63,262 nucleotides of DNA. Source: Acidimicrobiia bacterium. Lineage in GTDB: Bacteria > Actinomycetota > Acidimicrobiia > Spongiisociales > ZC4RG35. Under the pieces are notes generated by a model, which worked only from the letters and a program-made list of their open reading frames with translations, did no database searches and was not told where the DNA came from. Shown piece after piece: positions 1-7,665 of the stretch (position 1 is its first letter; every line of letters begins with the position of its first letter). Location of the stretch: positions 1-63,262 of the forward strand of contig DATDPT010000004.1 of assembly GCA_035292605.1 (NCBI GenBank). Direction: 5' to 3'. A program made the translations under genes and the position numbers.

Positions 1-785
1 GACTCCCGGTCGGGCATCTGCGGCGACCAGGCCAGCCATCCGATCCGTTGCCCCGGCGTCAACAGGATCTTGGCGTAGCTGTAGGAGATCAGTGTGTACG
101 GGTAATACCGGGCGGGGCTGGTGAACTTGGCGTTGCTGAAAACCAGCTTGGAGTAGGGCTCATCGGAGAGCAGGTAGATCGGTGCCCCAAACCGCTCCGA
201 CGCCTCGGTCAACACCGCGGCCAGACCTTCGAGCGTTGACGGCGGGTAGATGCGACCAGTCGGATTGTGAGGGGTGTTGACGATCATCACACGGGTCTTC
301 TGGGTGATCGCTCCGGCAAGCCGATCCAGGTCGAGGTCGTAGTCGTCTATCCGGACCGGGACGCTGACCGGGGTTGCCCCCGCCGCGAGGATCATCGCCT
401 TGTAGAAGAACCAGGGGGGATCCGAGTAGACCACCTCGTCCCCGACATCGACCAGGGTCCCAAGAGCGGCGGCGATGGCCCCGAAGGCTCCCGGGGTCAT
501 GGCGATGTCCTCTGCTTCGAACTGTTGACCCCGCCACTCGGTCAAATGGCTCGCCACCGTGGCTTGCGAGCCTTTCTCGGAGAACTTGTAGGCGTAATGG
601 TTCTTGTCCAGTGGGGTCGTAGCCGACGCCAGGGCGGGTGCGAATCCGCCTACCACCATCTCCTGAGGATTGCCGAAGGCAAAGTCTGCAACATCCGCCT
701 GGTGGCGATGTTCCTCCCAGATGGGGAGGAACGACAGCAGGGCCTCGTTGGCTGCCGTGATTTGGGCGATCCGCTCGGTCACCAT
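1..785 (-). CDS. PLP-dependent aminotransferase, class I/II fold (3' end runs off the left edge)
   Basis: Absent from the ORF track because it has no stop in the window. A reverse-strand ATG at 783-785 opens a frame that stays open to position 3. My translation is MVTERIAQITAANEALLSF...IVNTPHNPTGRIY...LLSDEPYSKLVF...SYSYAKILLTPGQRIGWL. It carries the NTPxNPTG motif and the S-x-x-K...G-x-R-x-G signatures of class I aminotransferases. The listed ORF 160..831(-) is a different, Arg/Gly-rich shadow frame. Confidence 0.8.
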   Translation of the reverse strand, partial: MVTERIAQITAANEALLSFLPIWEEHRHQADVADFAFGNPQEMVVGGFAPALASATTPLDKNHYAYKFSEKGSQATVASHLTEWRGQQFEAEDIAMTPGAFGAIAAALGTLVDVGDEVVYSDPPWFFYKAMILAAGATPVSVPVRIDDYDLDLDRLAGAITQKTRVMIVNTPHNPTGRIYPPSTLEGLAAVLTEASERFGAPIYLLSDEPYSKLVFSNAKFTSPARYYPYTLISYSYAKILLTPGQRIGWLAWSPQMPDRE

Positions 786-869
786 GGCTTCCGACGATAG
801 CCACCACCTCGAGACCGGAGGCGTGGCTCATTCACCCAACGCCTCTCCCGATCGAGTAAGCATTGGCCA

Positions 870-2348
870 GTGAGCACCTACGACGAGAAACGGGCCTTCG
901 AGAAAACCCCGGAACCACCCGGTGAGCACATCTCGGGTGACGTCGACCCGCTGACGGCTCCGGTCGGCGATCAGTTCGTGATCCAACAGCACCACGCCAC
1001 CCGGCTCCATCACGACGTCCGCCTGGAGATGCTGAACGACGAGGTCCCGGTACTGGTTTCCTGGGCGGTCCCCAAGGGCCTGCCCCGGCGCCGGGGTCTG
1101 CGCCACCTGGCAATCCGCACCGAGGACCACCCGATGGGATACGCCACCTTCACCGGGAGCATCCCTCAGGGGGAGTACGGCGGGGGAGAGGTGCGCATCT
1201 TCGACCACGGCCACTACGAGATGGTGGACCGGAACCAGGAGCGGCTCACCTTCCGCCTTCAGGGGGAGCGGCTGGCCGGGATCTGGCACCTGGTGCACAC
1301 CGGACCCAAGGACGGCAAGGACCAGTGGCTGGCCATCATGTCCCAGGACCTGCGACCACCGGGCGACGAGCCGCCGGCGCCCGAGCCGATGCTGGCCACC
1401 CCCACCGCGAAGGCTTTCGACGACCCGGAGTGGGGGTTCGAGCCGAAGTGGGACGGGATCCGGGCCATCGCGGTCTGTGGCGAGGACACCCGGCTCATCT
1501 CCCGCAACGACCACGACATCACCGTGGCCTACCCCGAGCTGCGTGCCCTCCATGACCAGGTGGTGGCTTTGGAGGCGATGCTCGACGGCGAGATCGTCGC
1601 CTTCGACGATGGGGTCCCCTCCTTCCAGCATCTCCAGCAGCGGATGCATCTCAGGGACCAGCGGCGGGTGGAGCAGATGGCGACCCGGATCCCGGTCGCC
1701 TACATGGTCTTCGACCTGCTCTGGATCGACGGTCGCGACCTGACCGGCCAACCGCTGGTGGAGCGGCGCCGGGTGCTGGAGGAGACGGTGGTCCCCTCGG
1801 AGCGAATCCAGATCTCACCGATGGTCGAGGGCGACGGAGTCGCTTTGTTCCAGGCCGCCGCCGAGCAGGGGCTGGAGGGGATCATGGCGAAACGGCTTTC
1901 CTCCCTCTACCAGCCGGGGGCCCGCTCCCGAGACTGGCTCAAGGTGAAGATCACCTTCGACGCCGACGTCGTGATCGTGGGATGGACCGAGGGCGAGGGG
2001 CGGCGGAAGGGGAGCCTGGGATCACTGGTGATGGCCGTCTACGACGGTGACGAGCTGCGATACGTCGGGAATGTTGGTACCGGATTCGACCGCGACACGC
2101 TCCAGTATCTCCTCGACCGGTTGCACGCCCTCGGGCAGTCGGAACGACCGTTCCCTCCCGACGTGCTGCGCTCCCGTCCCGAGCTGCGCCGGGCCCTTTG
2201 GGTCACTCCGTCCCTGGTGGCCAGGGTCGAGCATCGCCAGCTGACCTCGGCGGGGAGGCTCAGATCGCCGTCGTTCCTGGGTCTCCGAGAAGACAAAGAC
2301 CCCAAGGAGTGCACCTTCGACCAGCTCGTTGCCGAGGGGGGCCCGTAG
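870..2348 (+). CDS. ligD: ATP-dependent DNA ligase LigD, 3'-phosphoesterase + ligase domains (no polymerase domain)
   Basis: GTG start. The N-terminus FVIQQHHATRLHHDVRLEM...WAVPKGLP...HPMGY matches the LigD phosphoesterase module. EPKWDGIRA is the ligase KxDG adenylation motif, followed by an OB-fold-like C-terminus. Confidence 0.9.
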   Translation: MSTYDEKRAFEKTPEPPGEHISGDVDPLTAPVGDQFVIQQHHATRLHHDVRLEMLNDEVPVLVSWAVPKGLPRRRGLRHLAIRTEDHPMGYATFTGSIPQGEYGGGEVRIFDHGHYEMVDRNQERLTFRLQGERLAGIWHLVHTGPKDGKDQWLAIMSQDLRPPGDEPPAPEPMLATPTAKAFDDPEWGFEPKWDGIRAIAVCGEDTRLISRNDHDITVAYPELRALHDQVVALEAMLDGEIVAFDDGVPSFQHLQQRMHLRDQRRVEQMATRIPVAYMVFDLLWIDGRDLTGQPLVERRRVLEETVVPSERIQISPMVEGDGVALFQAAAEQGLEGIMAKRLSSLYQPGARSRDWLKVKITFDADVVIVGWTEGEGRRKGSLGSLVMAVYDGDELRYVGNVGTGFDRDTLQYLLDRLHALGQSERPFPPDVLRSRPELRRALWVTPSLVARVEHRQLTSAGRLRSPSFLGLREDKDPKECTFDQLVAEGGP

Positions 2349-2402
2349 TCCATCCTGTCCTCGCTGCAAGTTGATCCCGAGAACTGTGAGGAGACCCACA
2401 AA

Positions 2403-2433
2403 CAGAACATGACCCACCGCGGGTCATGTTCTG
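2403..2433. terminator. Perfect 13-bp stem / 5-nt loop hairpin between convergent genes
   Basis: cagaacatgaccc-accgc-gggtcatgttctg, read directly. It lies between the ligD stop (2348) and the stop of the minus-strand gene at 2451. Confidence 0.6.
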
Positions 2434-2450
2434 CGTCCACCTAAGGGGTC

Positions 2451-2726
2451 TTAGATGACTTCGACTTCTTCGTAGGTCTCGAAACGGGGCGCACCGATGA
2501 CCCCGGCCTGCTGCATCGCATCCTTGAGCCTGGAATCTCCAGCGAAGCTCTTGAGGGTGTCCAGCGAGTTGAAGCCTGCGACCACCGTGACCAAGTTGGG
2601 GTCATCGACGCCGCGATTGACACGTGCGAACGCAGCCCCGCCAATGGTCGTGGGCGGCATCGTGTCGTAGATCAACTTCCACTTGTCGTAGTCCGCTACG
2701 GAGTGGTTGATGGCGAGTACATACAT
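2451..2726 (-). CDS. Small hypothetical protein, possibly dimeric alpha/beta-barrel (ABM-like) fold
   Basis: 91-aa ORF with ordinary amino-acid composition and a GGAGG-type SD upstream (aaaggaggacctgt before the ATG on the minus strand). The fold suggestion is pattern recognition only. Confidence 0.5.
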   Translation of the reverse strand: MYVLAINHSVADYDKWKLIYDTMPPTTIGGAAFARVNRGVDDPNLVTVVAGFNSLDTLKSFAGDSRLKDAMQQAGVIGAPRFETYEEVEVI

Positions 2727-2896
2727 ACAGGTCCTCCTTTGGAGGGCGTCGGCTCAAACTGAGCCAATCAACCCACCCTACCCCTGGTGTCGCAGTAGGC
2801 GACTCTGACGCACAAGGCCTCGACCGGACTTCAGTCGGGGGCCCCCCGAATTGGATCGTTGGTAGCACTTGCACTCGGCGGGCTAGGGGCCTAACG

Positions 2897-2914
2897 TACA
2901 ACCAGATGGTTGTA
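2897..2914. promoter_or_regulatory. Inverted repeat tacaacc-agat-ggttgta overlapping the ArsR start codon (possible autoregulatory operator)
   Basis: Perfect 7-bp arms with a 4-bp spacer, and the ATG at 2906 lies inside it. There is no SD upstream and a TAACGT -10-like hexamer lies just 5', which suggests a leaderless transcript. Confidence 0.3.
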
Positions 2915-3256
2915 GGATCTCTGGAGCAGCAGCGGGCCGACCGGATCTTTCACGCTCTTTCCGATGTCACGAGGCGGGACATCGTGAGACGTGCGATGGA
3001 AGGCCCCCAGTCGGTGTCGGCGTTGGCCCGCCACTACCCGATGAGCTTCGCCGCCGTGCAGAAGCACGTCGCCGTGCTCGAACGCGCCGAGCTCGTGAAC
3101 AAACGACGACAGGGGCGCGAGCAGTTGGTTCAAAGCAACATCGACACCATTCGCCACGCGTTCCGCCTCCTCGACCAGCTCGAAGCAATCTGGCGCAGTC
3201 GAATCGACCGATTCGGCGAAGTCCTCGCCGAACAAAACGAAGGAGCAGCCAAATGA
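2906..3256 (+). CDS. ArsR/SmtB-family winged-helix transcriptional regulator
   Basis: ADRIFHALSDVTRRDIVRRAMEGPQSVSALARHYPMSFAAVQKHVAVLERAELV is the typical ArsR HTH. It overlaps the next gene by 4 nt (ATGA). Confidence 0.85.
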   Translation: MVVGSLEQQRADRIFHALSDVTRRDIVRRAMEGPQSVSALARHYPMSFAAVQKHVAVLERAELVNKRRQGREQLVQSNIDTIRHAFRLLDQLEAIWRSRIDRFGEVLAEQNEGAAK

Positions 3257-3756
3257 CGGTGAAAGATGTCCACAAGGACTCCGCGGCGATGACCATGACC
3301 ATCACCGCAGAGTTCGAGGCTCCAATCGGGCCGGTATGGCAGATGTGGGAGAACCCTCGCCAGCTCGAGCGATGGTGGGGGCCTCCGACCTACCCGGCAA
3401 CGGTCGTCACCCACGACCTCACACCGGGTGGCGCGGTCAACTACTTCATGACCGGGCCCGAAGGCGAACAGCCCCGCGGCTGGTGGCGTGTGATCGAGGT
3501 CGACGCTCCCCACCACCTCGAATTCGAGGACGGATTCGCAGACGAAGCCGGCAATCCCGATTCCACCATGCCGACGACGATCATCCGGGTGACGCTGGGC
3601 GAACAACCTGACGGCGGCACCCTCATGACCATCGAGACCACATTCCCCTCCCTGGGGGCAATGGAACAGATGCTGGCCATGGGGATGGAGGAAGGCATGT
3701 CTTTGGCGGTGGGTCAGATCGACGGACTGCTGCGAACCAATGTCACCGCGCTCTAG
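3253..3756 (+). CDS. SRPBCC-superfamily protein, AHSA1 (Aha1-like) domain
   Basis: The pattern FEAPIGPVWQMWENPRQLERWWGP...GG..NYFMTGPEG....GWWRV.EVD.P..L.F.DGFAD is characteristic of ArsR-linked AHSA1 proteins. It is translationally coupled to the ArsR gene. Confidence 0.85.
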   Translation: MTVKDVHKDSAAMTMTITAEFEAPIGPVWQMWENPRQLERWWGPPTYPATVVTHDLTPGGAVNYFMTGPEGEQPRGWWRVIEVDAPHHLEFEDGFADEAGNPDSTMPTTIIRVTLGEQPDGGTLMTIETTFPSLGAMEQMLAMGMEEGMSLAVGQIDGLLRTNVTAL

Positions 3757-3864
3757 GCGCCCCTGCCAACCGACTCGACAGGTCTGATCTCGCCGGGCAT
3801 GGGCCTTCGACCGGCCCGACCCGAGCATGGGGGACAACCGCCCTCCTTGTAGGCTCCGTATCCC

Positions 3865-4944
3865 ATGACGATCGACCTCGGTGAACCGGACCAGGGCTGC
3901 TTGCTCATGGCTGACATCACCGGTTACACCGAGTACATGGCCGGAACCGAGTTGATGCACGCCCAGGACGTGGTCGCCGATCTGCTGGAGACCATCGTCG
4001 CCAGCATCGAGCCGCCGTTCCGCCTCTCGAAACTGGAAGGCGACGCCGCTTTCGCCTATGCCAATCAGGACACGCTCAGCATGTCGATGATGATGGACAC
4101 CGTCGAGTCGGCCTACTTCGCTTTCCAGAAGCGGCTTCGGGACGTCGTCCATTCGACCACCTGTGAGTGCAACGCATGTCTGCGAATCCCCAGCCTGGAC
4201 CTGAAGTTCTTCGTGCACAACGGGGAGTACGTCGTGCGGAGAATCGCCCGCTCCGAGGAGCTGACTGGGTCCGACGTCATCCTCGTCCACCGACTGGCCA
4301 AGGGCACCTCGGGCGCCGTGATCGCCAAGCCGGCATACGCCGTCTACACCAAGGCGACGTTTGACGCGATGGCGATGGATCCTTCGATTCTCGGGTTCCG
4401 GGCTCACACCGAGACCTTCTCCGACATTGGTGACGTCGACGTCTACATACAGGACCTCGCAGCTCGATGGGCCGTCGAACAGGAACGGAATCGCGATTAC
4501 GTCACCAGCGCAGAGGCCGTCTACGAGGTCAGCTTCGAAACCCCCGCACCGGCTTGGATGATCTGGGACGCCATCACCGACCCGGCGAAAAGGCTGCTCT
4601 GGCAACAGGGCGTCACCGGGGTCGAGGCCATCACCGGGGGGCGCCAAGGTGTCGGCTCGGTCAACCATTGCATGCACGGCCCCGATGTGGTTGTCGAACA
4701 TGTGGCTGACTGGAGGCCTTTCTCCTACCTAACCCTGCGTTATGACCGTCCAGGGATGGAGCAATGGGCCTGGACCTACCAGTTGGATTCCCTCGCCGCA
4801 GGCACCCGGCTCTCGGTCCGAGTTTCGGATCCGGGCGGCGAAATGTGGAGCCAAATAGGTGACGACGTTTCCCACACCATCGACGAGGCAGCCGCCAAAC
4901 TCGAGGCCCTGCTCGGCGAGCTGGTCGCGATGGCTCACGTCTGA
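3865..4944 (+). CDS. DUF2652-like N-terminal domain fused to an SRPBCC (polyketide-cyclase/START-like) C-terminal domain
   Basis: The N-terminus LLMADITGYTEYM...ELMHAQDVVADLLE...LSKLEGDAAFAY resembles the DUF2652 family as I remember it. The C-terminal about 150 aa (WDAITDPAKRLLWQ...VEHVADWRPF) looks SRPBCC. Confidence 0.55.
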   Translation: MTIDLGEPDQGCLLMADITGYTEYMAGTELMHAQDVVADLLETIVASIEPPFRLSKLEGDAAFAYANQDTLSMSMMMDTVESAYFAFQKRLRDVVHSTTCECNACLRIPSLDLKFFVHNGEYVVRRIARSEELTGSDVILVHRLAKGTSGAVIAKPAYAVYTKATFDAMAMDPSILGFRAHTETFSDIGDVDVYIQDLAARWAVEQERNRDYVTSAEAVYEVSFETPAPAWMIWDAITDPAKRLLWQQGVTGVEAITGGRQGVGSVNHCMHGPDVVVEHVADWRPFSYLTLRYDRPGMEQWAWTYQLDSLAAGTRLSVRVSDPGGEMWSQIGDDVSHTIDEAAAKLEALLGELVAMAHV

Positions 4945-4980
4945 TTCAGCCTGGACGGTCGGGGGACCGCCCCTTAGCCT

Positions 4981-7374
4981 TTGGTCGTGAGCCGACGACT
5001 TCTGTGGAGCCTGTCAATCGCGCTGCTGGCTGCAGCCTGCGCCGGCTCTGCCGAAGAACCACCTTCCGAGCCGAACGAGGAATCGGGTGACACCGCTTGG
5101 GAGACCGTGATCTCGGGGATCACCGAGAACGGGGTTCCGCTTCAGGTCGCGCTCGACGCATTCAGTCTCGCCATTGGCCCCTTGCCGGGTGTCGAGACGC
5201 CTGAGGGGCCGACTCAGGAGATCCGATCGGGCTCCGGAGCCCTGCGTTGGACCCTGGGTCATTGGGACGAGCTGACGCTGGAGCAACAGACTGCGATCGA
5301 GAGCTACCTGGATGTGGGCGAGCCCACTGGAGCCGGACCCGTCCTGGCAATGACCGGTCAGGTGCAAGCCGCCGAGCCCGACGAGCAGGTCCTCGTGGAA
5401 TTGATCGCCCAGGTCGAGGGCGTGATCGCGCAGAACCTGGGACGCGACCTCGGCGTCCCCATCGAATTGCATGTGGCTTCCGGCATGGACGGTTCCAAAT
5501 TCTTGGCCCTGACCACCGGTACCGATGCCAATGGAAAGTGGTTCGGGCCGATGGTGAAGTGCGAGATCTTCCTCACCAACAGCGGGAGCGAGCTCGCATC
5601 GAAGGTCGAGGCCGGCGGGGTGCCGGCCGCCCAGCTGACCGCCCTCATGGCCCATGAGGTCTTCCACTGTTTCGAGAGAGCGCTCAGCATCAATCTGGCC
5701 GAGACCTACACCCGGCCCCCGTGGGTGCTCGAAGGGCTCGCCGAGTGGGTCGGCGAAACCGTGGCCGGCGGACCGCAGACCATTACCTGGTCACGGTGGT
5801 TGACCGAGCCAACGCAATCCCTCTATACGAGGGAGTACACGGCGATCGGCTTCTACGCCCATCTCCAGGAGAACGGAGCCGACGTCTGGTCAACCATCGA
5901 CCACATCATCGAGGGCAGCGACGGGGGAAACGAGCCTGCCTACCTGACCGCGATCGGCGCCGCCGGCCCCGGCGTCCTCACCACCTGGGGCCCGGGCGTC
6001 TACCGCGACCCGACCCGGTCCCCGGAATGGGACCAGGACGGGCCCGGGATCACGCCGGAGAAGTACCCGCCGCGGGCTGATTTCCCCGAGGTGGCCAACG
6101 GCTCACAGTACGTGGCGGCCGCCGGGTCCCTAGCCGCCGACATCTGGGACACCGAGCTCAATGCCGAAGTGGTCACCCTGGGCGGCACCGGTTTCGGGAT
6201 GATCCTGCTTCCCGACGGCGCAGAGCTGGTCCTCGACGGCACCCTGACCGAGGTGCTGTGCACCAACCCCGAGGGCTGTTCCTGCCCCGAAGGAAGCCCC
6301 GGCGCGGGCACGGTGTTCCGGATCACCACCCCGGGGCCGGCCCACATCGGCCTCACCGGGCATCTCGAGGGGAGCCGGCTGGCGATCGGCGGCTGGAGCC
6401 TCGACGCCTTCTGTCAGAACCAACCGGAGCTGGCGGCCTGTCTGATCGGGCAATGGATGAGCGTTTTCTATGAGGCGGACAGCCAGGTGATCCTCCCCGG
6501 AACCGGCACCGGAGTCATGCTCAACATCGATGACACCGGTCGGGGCTCGATCGACTTCGACTCCTCGGTCCCCATCATGTCCCAGGTCGAAGGCGCTGAA
6601 GACGTTCCAGTCCGCATCGTACAGACCGGCCAGGCGCTGTTCGAGGTCACGCCGACCCTGGAAGGGGGAGTGATCGATAGCGCCGTCGGAGTCGGGTACT
6701 CGATCCATGCCGAGGTGGATCTGGGAGCGGGTTTCATCGAGGCCGGAGAAGAAGTGTCCCTCTCAGGGCCGAGCACCGGTCCGGGGGTCACCTTGACCTG
6801 CGACGGGGACACCCTGACCTGGACCGGAGCCGGCGGCATCGCCTCGTATGAGTTCTCCCGGCAATCCTCCACGCCGGAACCGATCCCCGAACCGCCGCCG
6901 GATGCGGTCCCCCTCGGGCCGGACAACGGTGAGGGCGAAGGCGGGGGCGGGGGGCTCCCCGAGCCACCGCCGGACTGGGGGCTGGGACTAGATGCCTGCT
7001 TGCTGTTGAGTCTGGAAGACGTCCAGGCGTATTCCCCTTCGGCCACCCAGCCCGCCGGCGAGGACGAGATCTCGACTCAGCTCCTCCACCAGTGCACCTA
7101 CATCCCGGCCTTCTCGCTTCAGGTGACCCCGCCCCAGCCCCCGGAGTTCACCGGCGACGCTGCCGAGGGGATCGGTCTCGAAGTGGTGCCGATCGAGGGG
7201 ATCGGAGACTGGGCCCAAGCCTTCGTCTATCCCGACAGCCAAGCCGTGGCCCTGGTTTCGGCGGGGAACGACCAGGGCACCGTCTCGATCACCTCCTACG
7301 AGCAGGTTGGGATGGGCACCCCGGAGTACGAGGCGCTCCTCGGGATCCTGGAGAAGGCGCTGGCGGGACTGTGA
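4981..7374 (+). CDS. Large secreted lipoprotein with a gluzincin (Peptidase_MA_2-like) metalloprotease motif
   Basis: Lipobox-like signal LLWSLSIALLAAAC-AGS. HEVFH (HExxH) is followed about 25 aa later by WVLEGLAEWVGE, matching the W-x-x-EG-x-A-E third-ligand pattern. A Pro/Gly-rich linker PEPIPEPPPD...GEGEGGGGGLPEPPPD precedes a separate C-terminal domain of about 130 aa. Confidence 0.6.
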   Translation: MVVSRRLLWSLSIALLAAACAGSAEEPPSEPNEESGDTAWETVISGITENGVPLQVALDAFSLAIGPLPGVETPEGPTQEIRSGSGALRWTLGHWDELTLEQQTAIESYLDVGEPTGAGPVLAMTGQVQAAEPDEQVLVELIAQVEGVIAQNLGRDLGVPIELHVASGMDGSKFLALTTGTDANGKWFGPMVKCEIFLTNSGSELASKVEAGGVPAAQLTALMAHEVFHCFERALSINLAETYTRPPWVLEGLAEWVGETVAGGPQTITWSRWLTEPTQSLYTREYTAIGFYAHLQENGADVWSTIDHIIEGSDGGNEPAYLTAIGAAGPGVLTTWGPGVYRDPTRSPEWDQDGPGITPEKYPPRADFPEVANGSQYVAAAGSLAADIWDTELNAEVVTLGGTGFGMILLPDGAELVLDGTLTEVLCTNPEGCSCPEGSPGAGTVFRITTPGPAHIGLTGHLEGSRLAIGGWSLDAFCQNQPELAACLIGQWMSVFYEADSQVILPGTGTGVMLNIDDTGRGSIDFDSSVPIMSQVEGAEDVPVRIVQTGQALFEVTPTLEGGVIDSAVGVGYSIHAEVDLGAGFIEAGEEVSLSGPSTGPGVTLTCDGDTLTWTGAGGIASYEFSRQSSTPEPIPEPPPDAVPLGPDNGEGEGGGGGLPEPPPDWGLGLDACLLLSLEDVQAYSPSATQPAGEDEISTQLLHQCTYIPAFSLQVTPPQPPEFTGDAAEGIGLEVVPIEGIGDWAQAFVYPDSQAVALVSAGNDQGTVSITSYEQVGMGTPEYEALLGILEKALAGL

Positions 7375-7431
7375 GCGCTTCAGGGGCGTATGACGATGCT
7401 GTCGAGGATCTCCTGGAGTTGAGCAACCGCG

Positions 7432-7665
7432 TCAGTCGATGTGGTCGGAACCCAGCAATGACTCGACAACTTCCTCGAGGACGATGGCCTGGGTTGGGCA
7501 GGCCGCCGCCACCTCGCGCAACACGTCGTCATCCACCGTGTTCTGGTCGAGCAACTCGGGCTTGAGGAAGTCGCCCTTTCTCCATTGGAAGGCAGAAGGT
7601 GCCAGGACGATGCAGCTGCCTGCACCGATGCAACGTCTGCGGTCGATGACAACTCTCACTGCCAT
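7432..7665 (-). CDS. Small ferredoxin (single-cluster, actinobacterial 3Fe-4S/4Fe-4S type)
   Basis: VVIDRRRCIGAGSCIVLAPSAF...AAACPTQAI fits the C-x5-C...CP ferredoxin pattern. The start codon overlaps the stop of the upstream regulator gene (ATGGCAGTGA). Confidence 0.8.
   Translation of the reverse strand: MAVRVVIDRRRCIGAGSCIVLAPSAFQWRKGDFLKPELLDQNTVDDDVLREVAAACPTQAIVLEEVVESLLGSDHID

Noticed and set aside
160-831. Listed 223-aa minus-strand ORF (and the plus-strand ORFs 267..800 and 374..622).
   Set aside because: They have Arg/Gly/Pro-rich shadow-frame composition. The real gene is the edge-truncated aminotransferase in another minus-strand frame (1..785), which carries clear family motifs.
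3130-4701. 523-aa minus-strand ORF antisense to the ArsR/AHSA1/DUF2652 genes.
   Set aside because: This is a typical high-GC antisense shadow ORF: no stops by chance, Arg/Gly/Asp/Pro-rich, no motifs. It overlaps three sense genes that have recognisable domains. The same reasoning applies to 828..1751(-), 8640..9869(+), 10243..11004(+), 16603..17910(+), 18907..19608(-), 19934..20605(+), 22018..22854(-), 24033..25178(-), 25610..26641(-), 28923..29651(-), 29321..30382(+), 34621..35937(-), 38710..40296(-), 40917..41654(-), 48222..49007(+), 50914..52047(+), 52759..54078(+), 54550..55476(+), 55220..56497(+), 61266..62006(-) and 61928..63229(+).
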